NCBI GenBank assembly: GCA_002269645.1
Contig: NIVC01000300.1
Span: 248,001 to 312,000 of the forward strand
Source of the DNA: Macrostomum lignano
Taxonomy: Eukaryota
Direction of reading: 5' to 3'
DNA: 64,000 bases
Shown: piece after piece, positions 1 to 12,300 of the stretch
How the letters are laid out: every line of letters begins with the position of its first letter
Position numbering within the stretch: position 1 is the first letter of the stretch
Made by a program: the position numbers and the translations under genes
The notes under the pieces: generated by a model
What the model was told of the DNA's origin: nothing
The model's input: only the letters and a program-made list of their open reading frames with translations
Databases searched by the model: none

Positions 1-313
1 TTATTGTTTATCAACTGCCCCACTTATGTCTCGACCAATCGTGCATCAGTTTACCCGGAAACGTATACTTTAAAATAAAGTGTCAGGGATTTGCGCAATG
101 ATTCTAGAGACAACATACACTATAAATTTTGTTTAACTTATAATTGATTATGTCATATTGATACACGGTAAATGGATATGTGATCCAGCCATTGTTCAAT
201 GCATAGATTTTACAATGCACTTAATTTTAGTGTACTAACTGTTTACGTGCAATATTAATATTGTACATGTTTTCAGAACATTAACTACGAGTAAATGGAA
301 TGTGTCTTTCCAG

Positions 314-3300
314 GTGCAATTCGTCTGCACAATGAACCCGGTGTCAGTGGGTGGAGGCAGACAGAATCTGTCATCATCGTTAACCAAACTGCTCCTGAAT
401 GTGCACATTGAGGCGATGTCGAGAGAAGATACGGCTTTGATTATTAGAGAAAGATTTGCGAATAGGTTTCATGGAGAAGTTTAACGAGTAATTCAGTACC
501 ACCTGAAAATATTAGACTTTTCGACGAATAATACAGCTCGTAGGTTCAACATTAGGGATGTGGAAAAAGTTGCTGACCTAACCGATGTCATGCGCGGCTC
601 TGATCCGATTGGAGCTGCTTTGCGAATAGTTTACCATGAATGCGATCCTGAGGCGATCTCAGGCCAGCTTGGCGAAGCTCTGTCAGACGATTGTATGCTG
701 CCATCGCACCTTGATATCGGAGAAGTCATTCACTCACGAGATAGTCTTCGGAAGGTAAAGCCGACTCAAAGACTGCTTTCATTACTACACGCTTCAATAG
801 CGGCAAAGAAGGTTTGCCTGCTGACGGGTCCCCCAGCCTCGGGTAAAACTAGTGCAGTTTTCGAGCTTGCCCGGCGCCTTAAAAAGAAGATTTACTTCAT
901 CCCCATCCACGCCGAAACAAGCATTGCTGATCTGCTTGGCGGAATCGCACCCACTGATCTGCAAGAAACCGGTGACGATCAAAGAAAAAATGCGCAAAGT
1001 TTGGCAGCAACAATGGCAAAAAGGTATCCAGATGATGCAATTCAAATTATTGCTCCAAAGACTGCGAAGATAAAAAGGCATGCTGAACACAAGCCGACAT
1101 CTCAAAAAAAGAAACTCAAAAATCTAAAAAAGATTGTCGGTGAGAGTGCAATCGGCAGTGAAAAATATAAAAATGACGGATTCAAATTTATCGACGGCCC
1201 CTTGCTATCAGCATTGAAAGAAGGAGCATGGGTGCTCCTCGACGGAGTGGACTTGGCTCGCCCAGAAGTACTTGAGCGGCTGAACTCTCTTGGAGAACGA
1301 GACTCTTATCTATACACGCATGAACTAGCAGCTGGCAAATCTACTGAGCACAAACTCAAGCCTTGCGAGGGTTTTGCACTCATTTGCACAACTACTGACC
1401 AAAGATCAAATGGCAGTCAGCTATCTGAGTCCTTCAAAAATCGGTGCATACAGATATATTGCCCAAGATTCGATGTTGATTGTGATGCTTTGTGTGGCAC
1501 GCAGGTACTGATTGAGCCAGGAGCTCTAGTAGAACCTTTAAAAGTAAAGCTAGTGAAACTTTTAGTAGATGCCTTTCTGAAAGACAAAAGTCAACTTGGA
1601 TTTAGGTGGTTACAAAAGCAGATAAATGCAATTTCGCATATAAAGGACTCAAAAGCAGTAACTGACCTGCTGCCCGATTCCTGGTCAGATTTTGTACCCA
1701 GTCTAGAAGCAATTTTCAACGAGAAAAACTTTGGACAGCATCGAAATTTCTCAGGTAAAATTCAACTACTAAAGTTCGAGCTACCTGCAATGAAACTGGC
1801 TTCTGTGGAACTGAAGAAGCCCCTATCTGAAATTTTCGAGCTTCTTTCCGAAACATGCAGTCCAATTGGCCTATTGAAAGATGCGCCCATATTCTGCAGG
1901 AGGCGGAATGCGATTGCCCGCTTAGAGGAAAATCCAGAAGCGCAAGTGCGTTTGAAAATGGAAAGTGAGCCGTTTAAAAACAAGATTTTTAGTTCGATCT
2001 GGTCCCGAGATGTGCAGTTAACTTGCTCCAGCCTCGCCTTGAACCCACCAGGAGGACTGGAACGGTGGACTCTGTCTGGGATAATCGAGGATCAACGAAT
2101 CAACGAACTGAAATGGAAGCTGCACAGTCCTATTGGTGAAAAAACCATGTGCCTCGATATTCAAGCATCCAGTACAAATCTTCAGTTGGAAGACTTTTTG
2201 AGCAGGAAAACTCTTTCGCACATTGGCTATTTGGACGATCTCAAATGCATTAAGTTTCAGTCAGGGGAATACAGATGTCATATTAATAAAGCGAATGAAC
2301 TGAAACCAGAAAAAGCAGAATTGCAGGGTGGCAACGGAATTTTGAGTGGAGTAAATGTTAAGAATGCTACGCTGGTTATCAATATTTCAAAGTCACCTGC
2401 CAATTGGAAACTAACCAGCATGATTGGCCTGCTGACAAGTGGCGAGTTTAATGTGCACTTGACAAGCGAAAACCCTCATGCCGAACAAACAGACAAGTTT
2501 GCTACTCTTGATTTACTACCAGCTCTTCAGCTCTGTTTTCCGAATTACTTTAAAGCACCGAGTAAATTCACAGCTGAGGCGCCAGCAATCAGCTTTTGGC
2601 AAACAAAAAAAGCCCAAACAAATTTTGGAACTGTGAAAATCAAAATAACCGATGGACACTGGAAATCACCGTTTGGGCTCAACGCCAATATGAAGCTTTC
2701 TAATAAAGAGAGCAAAATGACACTAAATTTGCAAGATAAATGTGGCGAACTGCAGATAAATGGTGACATGCTTATTTGTGCTGTCCACAGTGGCCTTCGG
2801 GTGACTGTCTGTCTTCAGAGAGCAGGTGAAGTCAAATTGGTTTCTAATCACTCAGACAAAGACTATATGGAGAGGCTGCTCTTGCAATACATTTCCAAAG
2901 AATACCTCAAAGGTCAAAAAGAGGCCGAATCTCCAAAGCTACAGCTGATGACTAGTAGCAGTACTGATAAAGTACGTGAAGACAACTGTATCCTCGAACT
3001 TGATCTTCGCGGTGAATGGTGCATTCTCCGGTTTCTGCATCTCAGCCATGCAAAACTCAGAGTCTCCTCGACACCTGGGCCAATTCTCGAGTTTTCTGCA
3101 AAGGTTTTTAAATCTGCATTCATAAACGTTAAAGCAAAATTAAGTGAAAGCTCCATGTCCATTGACTCGTTCGCAGTGGAACAAGAGATCGATCTGCTGA
3201 CAGTGCTGTCAGTGCTTAGCTACGAAAAGCCAGAATTGACTGAAGCACTTCAAAGCAATAACTTTTTTACAAAGCCTCAAAACATAACGCTATCTGTCAA

Positions 3301-6300
3301 AACTATGATACTTCAAGACAAAAGAACACAAATTTCCCTTGAAGTAACTTTCTCGAATTCTATTCGGCTGCCGGAGTTTTCAGGTCAAGTGAGCATTAAA
3401 AATGCTACCTTGCATATGGAATATCAAGAAGAGCAATGGAAATTTGAAATATATGGTACATTATTTGCCTTCGACTTACAACTCGCAAAGGTCACGTGTA
3501 ACATCGGAGAAAACGGAATGGAGTTGAATGCTGCCAATTCAGAACAAAAATCCTGCCTAAATTTGCAAACGATCCTTGCAAAACTCTGTGGAGAGACCGA
3601 AGCCCTGCTAGTTTCTGAAACCTCAATAATTGGAGCGATCGATAATATACACGGGGAGCAGAGAATAGAAGAAGCGAATGACAGAGAAAGCAGAGAATGG
3701 GATTTGGAAGGGAAAGTTGAAAATTTCAACTTGTGCCAGGAATTAATTTCGAATATGCAGTATGAGGACACGAAACTGAAAGCAAAATTTTCTGAAACTA
3801 AAACTGACTGCAGGGTCGAAATTTCAGGTGACTTCATTCTCGCATTAACCCTTCGGCTCAAATATACTGTCGAATTCAGAACAGGGTCAGATATTGTATT
3901 AACAGCAGAAAGCAGTGCCATACAGGAAAATGGAAGCTTTATGGACTGCCTGCTCAATATTATAGAAATAAATGACGGATCGCAACAAAATACTGAAAAA
4001 CTCGGCATAAATAAAGTAAAACTGACGCTGAATATTTCGAAACAAGTTCTAAGTATCACCGGATCTATCACTGACGATTCAGTACTAAGTCTCGCAAACA
4101 TAGTGGAGTCGTTTGAGTCCCTGTTAGATGTAGAAGCCGGTGTGAGCAAAACAGAGTTTCTATCCGAGATGAAGTTCCAGCAGATAAAGGTTGAGTACAA
4201 AAACGAGAGAAAAAAGCATGTTAAAGAAAAGGCGTCGCAAGCTTCGCCTGTACAAACAGGTGACGAAAAGCATGAAGACAAAGCTGTTGAATCAAAGACT
4301 GAGAAATTGAATACCGAATCTACTACTGGCGAATCAGATAGCAAACACAGCGTGGCTGTGAGCGCAACAATGCCCTCTTTCCGATTCCCATTCACTGAAA
4401 TGATGGAACTAAAGAATCTTAACTTGTCCATCAACTGGAACAGCGTCGAGGGCATGAAAGACTTCAAAGTAACGGCTCAACTTTTAATTGCAAAGTACGA
4501 AGTCGGAAAGGTGGCCTTCAAATACGGAAAGAATGAAGATGGTGAGAACTCGTGGCTACTAGCTCTTCCCGAATCGTTTCAGCCTGACGCAGAAGCGCAG
4601 CTTGAGCCGCAAGCACTAGAACAGCCGATAAAGTTGAACGAACTGCTCATGTCGCTTCTGGGCATGAGTTCTATGCCAGACTTCAAATTGGAAGTGACCC
4701 ACATCAACCTGTTCATGTCTTGGAAGGAGAGAATACAGCCTGACCGTTGGAAGTTTGTCCTTCAACTCAACGAGCTAGAGATAGGCAGCGAGGATTTGAA
4801 GTTTAAGCTAAAAGATGTCAAGCTAATTGCAAGCAATATGAACGAAAATAAGGATGTTGACATTAAGGAGACGTTTACGTCTGCAAAGATATCGTTTAGT
4901 CTCGAGTTTGGCAACCAACGCACTGCAAAAGTGTTCCAGTTGGACAATTGTGAAGCTGAGCTACCTATAAGCAAAAATGCAAAGTGGAGGCTAAAAGTTC
5001 CGAAAAAGTCGGTGGACTACAGTATTGGAGACCTGGCATCGGCTCTGCTACCGCTTAGGGATACGGCAGGTAAAATCAATGATTTGGACCTGCCATTCGA
5101 CTTGACAATCAAAATGCTTGCCTTGGACATGGAGATGACGCGGGATCTCCATTTTTGCGACTTTGATTTTGAAGTGGTAGGAGAGTTGCAGTCTAGCTTT
5201 AAGTTTATCGATCAAATCATATTCGGAGTGAAGATTTTGCTCCTTAAGAAAAGCGTGACAGAAACTTCCGTCGCTAAGAAGAGCATCGAGTCAAACGAGC
5301 AACATGAAGCGGATAATAACACATCAGAGAAGGACAAGAGTGAAACAAATAAGCGTCAAGAAGGAAATTCCGACAATACAAATCAAATCCCAGATACAAA
5401 CGGTTGGGAAGTAGTGGGCTTCTGTTTTCTGAACATATTTACTCTCCCCATTAAGATGGTGCTAGTTGTTAATAACGAGCGCTGTGTTTTGGAACTCAGA
5501 TCGGAATTTCAATCTGGTCTCGTCGGCTGTCTTAATCCTTCATTCGGCGAACTAAGAGACGCTGCTCTAAATAAAATAGATGAATCAATTCAGCCAAACG
5601 AACAAACTATTGAGAGCGATGAAAAGCCGACTTCTCCAGAAAACAGTTCGACAAGTGAAGTTGGCGACAAAGCCAACGTCGAAAAGTGTGCACTCGTAGC
5701 CAGCGAATGTGATGCTGAGGAATCTCGCGAGTCAATGCTAGCTAGAAAGCCTCAAGAAAAGACTTTAAATGTAGCCAAAGTTGTTGCGGATCTTTTGGAC
5801 CTTCAGCCAGAACAGCTGCCCAATCTGATGCTAAAGTGGGATCCAGCTAAACTGTTTGATGCACACATCGACTTGACAGAAAGGAAAGGAGAGTTTCAAC
5901 TGCAATTGACTCAAATGAACTTTGAAATGCACAAATTGGCTATGCAGTTCAATAACACAAAGCTTTCTGTATCAGCAAGTCTCGGTGCAAAGCCTGTAGC
6001 AGCTCCAGCAGCTTCCATTGAAGGAGCACCAGCCCCAGTGTCTGGTACAAAAACGGAAAAAGAGGAACAATCAAAGTCGAGCAGTGATTCGTTGAGTAAA
6101 AAGACACAACAGCCACAACAGAGCAAAGCAGATTCGCCAAAGTATCATGTTACTCTTGAAGGAGAGCTAAAATTTCTTCGTTTGCCACCACTCGGATACA
6201 AAGCGGATTTAAATTCAAACGAAAAAGAAACTATTTTCTCTCTCACATCGGAGTGCAATTCAGATTTGAGCCTCGCAAACATAGTGGAGTCGTTTGAGTC

Positions 6301-9300
6301 CCTGTTAGATGTAGAAGCCGGTGTGAGCAAAACAGAGTTTCTATCCGAGATGAAGTTCCAGCAGATAAAGGTTGAGTACAAAAACGAGAGAAAAAAGCAT
6401 GTTAAAGAAAAGGCGTCGCAAGCTTCGCCTGTACAAACAGGTGACGAAAAGCATGAAGACAAAGCTGTTGAATCAAAGACTGAGAAATTGAATACCGAAT
6501 CTACTACTGGCGAATCAGATAGCAAACACAGCGTGGCTGTGAGCGCAACAATGCCCTCTTTCCGATTCCCATTCACTGAAATGATGGAACTAAAGAATCT
6601 TAACTTGTCCATCAACTGGAACAGCGTCGAGGGCATGAAAGACTTCAAAGTAACGGCTCAACTTTTAATTGCAAAGTACGAAGTCGGAAAGGTGGCCTTC
6701 AAATACGGAAAGAATGAAGATGGTGAGAACTCGTGGCTACTAGCTCTTCCCGAATCGTTTCAGCCTGACGCAGAAGCGCAGCTTGAGCCGCAAGCACTAG
6801 AACAGCCGATAAAGTTGAACGAACTGCTCATGTCGCTTCTGGGCATGAGTTCTATGCCAGACTTCAAATTGGAAGTGACCCACATCAACCTGTTCATGTC
6901 TTGGAAGGAGAGAATACAGCCTGACCGTTGGAAGTTTGTCCTTCAACTCAACGAGCTAGAGATAGGCAGCGAGGATTTGAAGTTTAAGCTAAAAGATGTC
7001 AAGCTAATTGCAAGCAATATGAACGAAAATAAGGATGTTGACATTAAGGAGACGTTTACGTCTGCAAAGATATCGTTTAGTCTCGAGTTTGGCAACCAAC
7101 GCACTGCAAAAGTGTTCCAGTTGGACAATTGTGAAGCTGAGCTACCTATAAGCAAAAATGCAAAGTGGAGGCTAAAAGTTCCGAAAAAGTCGGTGGACTA
7201 CAGTATTGGAGACCTGGCATCGGCTCTGCTACCGCTTAGGGATACGGCAGGTAAAATCAATGATTTGGACCTGCCATTCGACTTGACAATCAAAATGCTT
7301 GCCTTGGACATGGAGATGACGCGGGATCTCCATTTTTGCGACTTTGATTTTGAAGTGGTAGGAGAGTTGCAGTCTAGCTTTAAGTTTATCGATCAAATCA
7401 TATTCGGAGTGAAGATTTTGCTCCTTAAGAAAAGCGTGACAGAAACTTCCGTCGCTAAGAAGAGCATCGAGTCAAACGAGCAACATGAAGCGGATAATAA
7501 CAAATCAGAGAAGGACAAGAGTGAAACAAATAAGCGTCAAGAAGGAAATTCCGACAATACAAATCAAATCCCAGATACAAACGGTTGGGAAGTAGTGGGC
7601 TTCTGTTTTCTGAACATATTTACTCTCCCCATTAAGATGGTGCTAGTTGTTAATAACGAGCGCTGTGTTTTGGAACTCAGATCGGAATTTCAATCTGGTC
7701 TCGTCGGCTGTCTTAATCCTTCATTCGGCGAACTAAGAGACGCTGCTCTAAATAAAATAGATGAATCAATTCAGCCAAACGAACAAACTATTGAGAGCGA
7801 TGAAAAGCCGACTTCTCCAGAAAACAGTTCGACAAGTGAAGTTGGCGACAAAGCCAACGTCGAAAAGTGTGCACTCGTAGCCAGCGAATGTGATGCTGAG
7901 GAATCTCGCGAGTCAATGCTAGCTAGAAAGCCTCAAGAAAAGACTTTAAATGTAGCCAAAGTTGTTGCGGATCTTTTGGACCTTCAGCCAAACAGCTGCC
8001 CAATCTGATGCTAAAGTGGGATCCAGCTAAACTGTTTGATGCACACATCGACTTGACAGAAAGGAAAGGAGAGTTTCAACTGCAATTGACTCAAATGAAC
8101 TTTGAAATGCACAAATTGGCTATGCAGTTCAATAACACAAAGCTTTCTGTATCAGCAAGTCTCGGTGCAAAGCCTGTAGCAGCTCCAGCAGCTTCCATTG
8201 AAGGAGCACCAGCCCCAGTGTCTGGTACAAAAACGGAAAAAGAGGAACAATCAAAGTCGAGCAGTGATTCGTTGAGTAAAAAGACACAACAGCCACAACA
8301 GAGCAAAGCAGATTCGCCAAAGTATCATGTTACTCTTGAAGGAGAGCTAAAATTTCTTCGTTTGCCACCACTCGGATACAAAGCGGATTTAAATTCAAAC
8401 GAAAAAGAAACTATTTTCTCTCTCACATCGGAGTGCAATTCAGATTTGAGCCTCGCAAACATAGTGGAGTCGTTTGAGTCCCTGTTAGATGTAGAAGCCG
8501 GTGTGAGCAAAACAGAGTTTCTATCCGAGATGAAGTTCCAGCAGATAAAGGTTGAGTACAAAAACGAGAGAAAAAAGCATGTTAAAGAAAAGGCGTCGCA
8601 AGCTTCGCCTGTACAAACAGGTGACGAAAAGCATGAAGACAAAGCTGTTGAATCAAAGACTGAGAAATTGAATACCGAATCTACTACTGGCGAATCAGAT
8701 AGCAAACACAGCGTGGCTGTGAGCGCAACAATGCCCTCTTTCCGATTCCCATTCACTGAAATGATGGAACTAAAGAATCTTAACTTGTCCATCAACTGGA
8801 ACAGCGTCGAGGGCATGAAAGACTTCAAAGTAACGGCTCAACTTTTAATTGCAAAGTACGAAGTCGGAAAGGTGGCCTTCAAATACGGAAAGAATGAAGA
8901 TGGTGAGAACTCGTGGCTACTAGCTCTTCCCGAATCGTTTCAGCCTGACGCAGAAGCGCAGCTTGAGCCGCAAGCACTAGAACAGCCGATAAAGTTGAAC
9001 GAACTGCTCATGTCGCTTCTGGGCATGAGTTCTATGCCAGACTTCAAATTGGAAGTGACCCACATCAACCTGTTCATGTCTTGGAAGGAGAGAATACAGC
9101 CTGACCGTTGGAAGTTTGTCCTTCAACTCAACGAGCTAGAGATAGGCAGCGAGGATTTGAAGTTTAAGCTAAAAGATGTCAAGCTAATTGCAAGCAATAT
9201 GAACGAAAATAAGGATGTTGACATTAAGGAGACGTTTACGTCTGCAAAGATATCGTTTAGTCTCGAGTTTGGCAACCAACGCACTGCAAAAGTGTTCCAG

Positions 9301-12300
9301 TTGGACAATTGTGAAGCTGAGCTACCTATAAGCAAAAATGCAAAGTGGAGGCTAAAAGTTCCGAAAAAGTCGGTGACTACAGTATTGGAGACCTGGCATC
9401 GGCTCTGCTACCGCTTAGGGATACGGCAGGTAAAATCAATGATTTGGACCTGCCATTCGACTTGACAATCAAAATGCTTGCCTTGGACATGGAGATGACG
9501 CGGGATCTCCATTTTTGCGACTTTGATTTTGAAGTGGTAGGAGAGTTGCAGTCTAGCTTTAAGTTTATCGATCAAATCATATTCGGAGTGAAGATTTTGC
9601 TCCTTAAGAAAAGCGTGACAGAAACTTCCGTCGCTAAGAAGAGCATCGAGTCAAACGAGCAACATGAAGCGGATAATAACAAATCAGAGAAGGACAAGAG
9701 TGAAACAAATAAGCGTCAAGAAGGAAATTCCGACAATACAAATCAAATCCCAGATACAAACGGTTGGGAAGTAGTGGGCTTCTGTTTTCTGAACATATTT
9801 ACTCTCCCCATTAAGATGGTGCTAGTTGTTAATAACGAGCGCTGTGTTTTGGAACTCAGATCGGAATTTCAATCTGGTCTCGTCGGCTGTCTTAATCCTT
9901 CATTCGGCGAACTAAGAGACGCTGCTCTAAATAAAATAGATGAATCAATTCAGCCAAACGAACAAACTATTGAGAGCGATGAAAAGCCGACTTCTCCAGA
10001 AAACAGTTCGACAAGTGAAGTTGGCGACAAAGCCAACGTCGAAAAGTGTGCACTCGTAGCCAGCGAATGTGATGCTGAGGAATCTCGCGAGTCAATGCTA
10101 GCTAGAAAGCCTCAAGAAAAGACTTTAAATGTAGCCAAAGTTGTTGCGGATCTTTTGGACCTTCAGCCAAAACAGCTGCCCAATCTGATGCTAAAGTGGG
10201 ATCCAGCTAAACTGTTTGATGCACACATCGACTTGACAGAAAGGAAAGGAGAGTTTCAACTGCAATTGACTCAAATGAACTTTGAAATGCACAAATTGGC
10301 TATGCAGTTCAATAACACAAAGCTTTCTGTATCAGCAAGTCTCGGTGCAAAGCCTGTAGCAGCTCCAGCAGCTTCCATTGAAGGAGCACCAGCCCCAGTG
10401 TCTGGTACAAAAACGGAAAAAGAGGAACAATCAAAGTCGAGCAGTGATTCGTTGAGTAAAAAGACACAACAGCCACAACAGAGCAAAGCAGATTCGCCAA
10501 AGTATCATGTTACTCTTGAAGGAGAGCTAAAATTTCTTCGTTTGCCACCACTCGGATACAAAGCGGATTTAAATTCAAACGAAAAAGAAACTATTTTCTC
10601 TCTCACATCGGAGTGCAATTCAGATTTGAGCCTCGCAAACATAGTGGAGTCGTTTGAGTCCCTGTTAGATGTAGAAGCCGGTGTGAGCAAAACAGAGTTT
10701 CTATCCGAGATGAAGTTCCAGCAGATAAAGGTTGAGTACAAAAACGAGAGAAAAAAGCATGTTAAAGAAAAGGCGTCGCAAGCTTCGCCTGTACAAACAG
10801 GTGACGAAAAGCATGAAGACAAAGCTGTTGAATCAAAGACTGAGAAATTGAATACCGAATCTACTACTGGCGAATCAGATAGCAAACACAGCGTGGCTGT
10901 GAGCGCAACAATGCCCTCTTTCCGATTCCCATTCACTGAAATGATGGAACTAAAGAATCTTAACTTGTCCATCAACTGGAACAGCGTCGAGGGCATGAAA
11001 GACTTCAAAGTAACGGCTCAACTTTTAATTGCAAAGTACGAAGTCGGAAAGGTGGCCTTCAAATACGGAAAGAATGAAGATGGTGAGAACTCGTGGCTAC
11101 TAGCTCTTCCCGAATCGTTTCAGCCTGACGCAGAAGCGCAGCTTGAGCCGCAAGCACTAGAACAGCCGATAAAGTTGAACGAACTGCTCATGTCGCTTCT
11201 GGGCATGAGTTCTATGCCAGACTTCAAATTGGAAGTGACCCACATCAACCTGTTCATGTCTTGGAAGGAGAGAATACAGCCTGACCGTTGGAAGTTTGTC
11301 CTTCAACTCAACGAGCTAGAGATAGGCAGCGAGGATTTGAAGTTTAAGCTAAAAGATGTCAAGCTAATTGCAAGCAATATGAACGAAAATAAGGATGTTG
11401 ACATTAAGGAGACGTTTACGTCTGCAAAGATATCGTTTAGTCTCGAGTTTGGCAACCAACGCACTGCAAAAGTGTTCCAGTTGGACAATTGTGAAGCTGA
11501 GCTACCTATAAGCAAAAATGCAAAGTGGAGGCTAAAAGTTCCGAAAAAGTCGGTGAACTACAGTATTGGAGACCTGGCATCGGCTCTGCTACCGCTTAGG
11601 GATACGGCAGGTAAAATCAATGATTTGGACCTGCCATTCGACTTGACAATCAAAATGCTTGCCTTGGACATGGAGATGACGCGGGATCTCCATTTTTGCG
11701 ACTTTGATTTTGAAGTGGTAGGAGAGTTGCAGTCTAGCTTTAAGTTTATCGATCAAATCATATTCGGAGTGAAGATTTTGCTCCTTAAGAAAAGCGTGAC
11801 AGAAACTTCCGTCGCTAAGAAGAGCATCGAGTCAAACGAGCAACATGAAGCGGATAATAACAATCAGAGAAGGACAAGAGTGAAACAAATAAGCGTCAAG
11901 AAGGAAATTCCGACAATACAAATCAAATCCCAGATACAAACGGTTGGGAAGTAGTGGGCTTCTGTTTTCTGAACATATTTACTCTCCCCATTAAGATGGT
12001 GCTAGTTGTTAATAACGAGCGCTGTGTTTTGGAACTCAGATCGGAATTTCAATCTGGTCTCGTCGGCTGTCTTAATCCTTCATTCGGCGAACTAAGAGAC
12101 GCTGCTCTAAATAAAATAGATGAATCAATTCAGCCAAACGAACAAACTATTGAGAGCGATGAAAAGCCGACTTCTCCAGAAAACAGTTCGACAAGTGAAG
12201 TTGGCGACAAAGCCAACGTCGAAAAGTGTGCACTCGTAGCCAGCGAATGTGATGCTGAGGAATCTCGCGAGTCAATGCTAGCTAGAAAGCCTCAAGAAAA

